A stretch of 64,000 nt of DNA from Blasia pusilla. Lineage: Eukaryota. The stretch spans positions 27,342,001 to 27,406,000 of the forward strand of contig CM114271.1 of assembly GCA_050084515.1 (NCBI GenBank). Reading direction: 5' to 3'. Both the position numbers and the translations under genes were made by a program. The notes beneath the pieces were generated by a model. It was not told where the DNA came from and made no database searches. It worked only from the letters and a program-made list of their open reading frames with translations. Below are positions 62,101 through 64,000 of the stretch, one piece after another (the first letter of the stretch is position 1; each line of letters starts with the position of its first letter).

Positions 62101-64000
62101 TAGATGATCTCATGCACACTATTTATTGTCCAGATCTTGTAGTAATATTATAGTATATAGAATTAGACCAATCGCACCCATAATCACATAACTTACGATT
62201 GTATTATTATGATATCGGGTTTCATACTAATAAAGAACAATAATATTCCACCAGAGTTTCTCAAATAAATCTTGCAACTCTATCATCATAACATAGATAG
62301 AGTTAGGCGTATCGGTATCTAGATTCAGACTTGGAAACACTAAATAAATGCTAATCCATTGCAAACATTACATGATTCTCGCAGTTCTATTATTATTATA
62401 ACGGAGAGTTTGGCATATTCATCCCTGATTTCACACTCCAAAAGAAGAAAGAGTAGTCCCATGGCACATAGAGTTCCATCCATCGATCGATCCCCTTGGA
62501 GATCCACGTTCTTACTTACTTACCAGCGGGAATGGTGAGGCACAAGTCCTTGAAGATTTGGGAGTCGGGGCGCGAAGGGTAGCAGAAGTCCACGTTTCGG
62601 AACTCCATTCGTCCTTCCAACTTCGCCAGAGTTTGCCCACTCATATTGTCGCAATCGATCTCTGGTATTCGGTCGATCATAGCAAAGATGCGCATGGCGG
62701 CTGACCGTCCCTCTGAAAAGTACTTCAGGTTGGGGAGGGCAGTCCCCAAAGCTCTGCACAAGCAACCCCAAAGTTGCCATGTCATCCTTCTCTCTCTCAT
62801 CAACTTCTCGCCCAAAGTTGCCATGTCATCCTTCTCTCTCTCATCAACTTCTCACCAAAAGTTGCCATGTCATTCTCCTCTCATCAACTTCTCACCCAAT
62901 TCATCAACAGCTTCGTCCCATTTGAGATGAGTTGGCAGAAGCTTGTGCGGTCATGGTGGCTCTAGAGAATCATGGTCTTAGGGAAGTGGGCAGAAATGGA
63001 CTCTAATGGCGAAATGGGCCTTGGGGAGTGGAAAAAAATCCTCGTAGCAATTGAAGAATTTGAGGGAGGGAGAATATGATAAAGAGGAATGCCATGATAT
63101 GAGGATACATTGAGGACAACGTGATGCAGTGGAATGGCAATTGTGTGCAAGGAAACTAAATTTGGTCAAGAGACCAAAAATAAATAAAGATTCTTTTCGA
63201 GTCAATATAATGATAACAATAAAGCCGAAGGTTTTCGAACTTAAATTTCTAGACTCACCACATGGAAAGTAAAATTCTCGCAAATTCAAACAACCTAAAT
63301 CAGTACCTTTATCACTATAATCATAATAAATTGAAACTCATATGGAAGACTTTTAACTTCTAAGGATGGTAAAGTAGTGAAACAAAAGAGTTGAATCAGA
63401 TTAGAAGCCATAAAATAAAAGGAGACGAAAAAAGACTCTCGTAATAAAAAGAAGGAAGAAAAAAATCTTAGAAAGAAAATGAAAAGAACACTCTGAAAAT
63501 AGAAAGGAAGGACGTCCCTGAAAAGAAAAGAAACCGGTAGAACGAAAAGAAAAGAAGAAACTGACGAAATAAAAGAAAATGAAAGGAAGGAAACTGAAAG
63601 AAAGTAAAATCCTAAAACAGCAAAACAGAAAAGAAAAGAAAGGAGGGAGGGAGGGAGTCGCTGGCTCACAATCCGCCCGTCAACATGCCGAGGCCGGACG
63701 TGATGATTCTCCCGCCGTTGATTCCCTCGTTGATGACGAGCTTGCTCCCGTACCAGGACATGAATCCCCACAGCGCGAAGTTGACGCCGTTGAGGCCCAC
63801 CGCGAATCCCTTCGCCATCCCCATCTTCTTCCCCAGCTCAACCGTGCTCTCCAGGCTCCTGGAGAAGCGCGCGCGTGTCTTCTCCTCGCCCACGAACGAG
63901 TACACGGTCCGGATCGACGATATCGCCTGCTCCGCGATGGATCCGGCCTCCAAGTACGTCACTTGCATCTTCCGCGCCAGGCTCGTCAGCGTCCTCCCGT
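56101..64000 (-). CDS. ABCB: ABC transporter B family (MDR/PGP), ABCB15-clade-like; 5' part lies outside the window
   Basis: Exons >64000-63670, 62753-62524, 61491-61181, 60880-60643, 59748-59054, 58109-57328, 56942-56727, 56473-56101 (TAA), GT-AG and in frame. Two NBDs ([55 protein letters not shown]). TMD2 [16 protein letters not shown]...[21 protein letters not shown]. Confidence 0.95.
58180..58935. repeat. Degenerate intronic tandem repeat in ABCB (TTCTCCCATAGATTGCACTAGC..GTGATTCTTC units)
   Basis: GATTG(C/T)ACTA and CTCCCAT recur at roughly 40-60 bp spacing across the intron. Confidence 0.6.
62768..62897. repeat. 44-bp tandem repeat x3 in an ABCB intron
   Basis: CCAAAGTTGCCATGTCATCCTTCTCTCTCTCATCAACTTCTC(G/A)C at 62768, 62812 and about 62855. 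Confidence 0.9.

Noticed and set aside
63295-63660. Phe/Leu/Ser-rich 158-aa ORF
   Set aside because: Translation of a T-rich ABCB intron.

Overview
Eukaryotic nuclear DNA, probably from an early-diverging land plant such as a bryophyte or lycophyte (inferred from gene and transposon content). Three intron-containing host genes are present: a GDA1/CD39 apyrase (minus strand, 920-4817, complete), a Bin3/MEPCE-type RNA methyltransferase (plus strand, 34084-37182, complete) and the 3' part of an ABCB15-clade ABC transporter (minus strand, 56101 to beyond 64000). Transposon blocks separate them: a decayed Rep/Helicase Helitron, small Helitron derivatives, a MITE, an 11.8-kb Mutator-like element with intact TIRs and TSD, and a nested block. 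In the nested block a CRE-like (restriction-like endonuclease) non-LTR retrotransposon is split by a Copia element and a Gypsy element. The standout is the Gypsy element. Its pol region carries a DNMT3-like C5 cytosine methyltransferase between protease and RT (motifs I, IV, VI, VIII, IX and X recognisable, now disrupted), and a C4HC3 PHD finger with all eight ligands after the integrase. It therefore combines a chromatin writer and a reader. All family assignments come from motif recognition by eye; no database searches were run.
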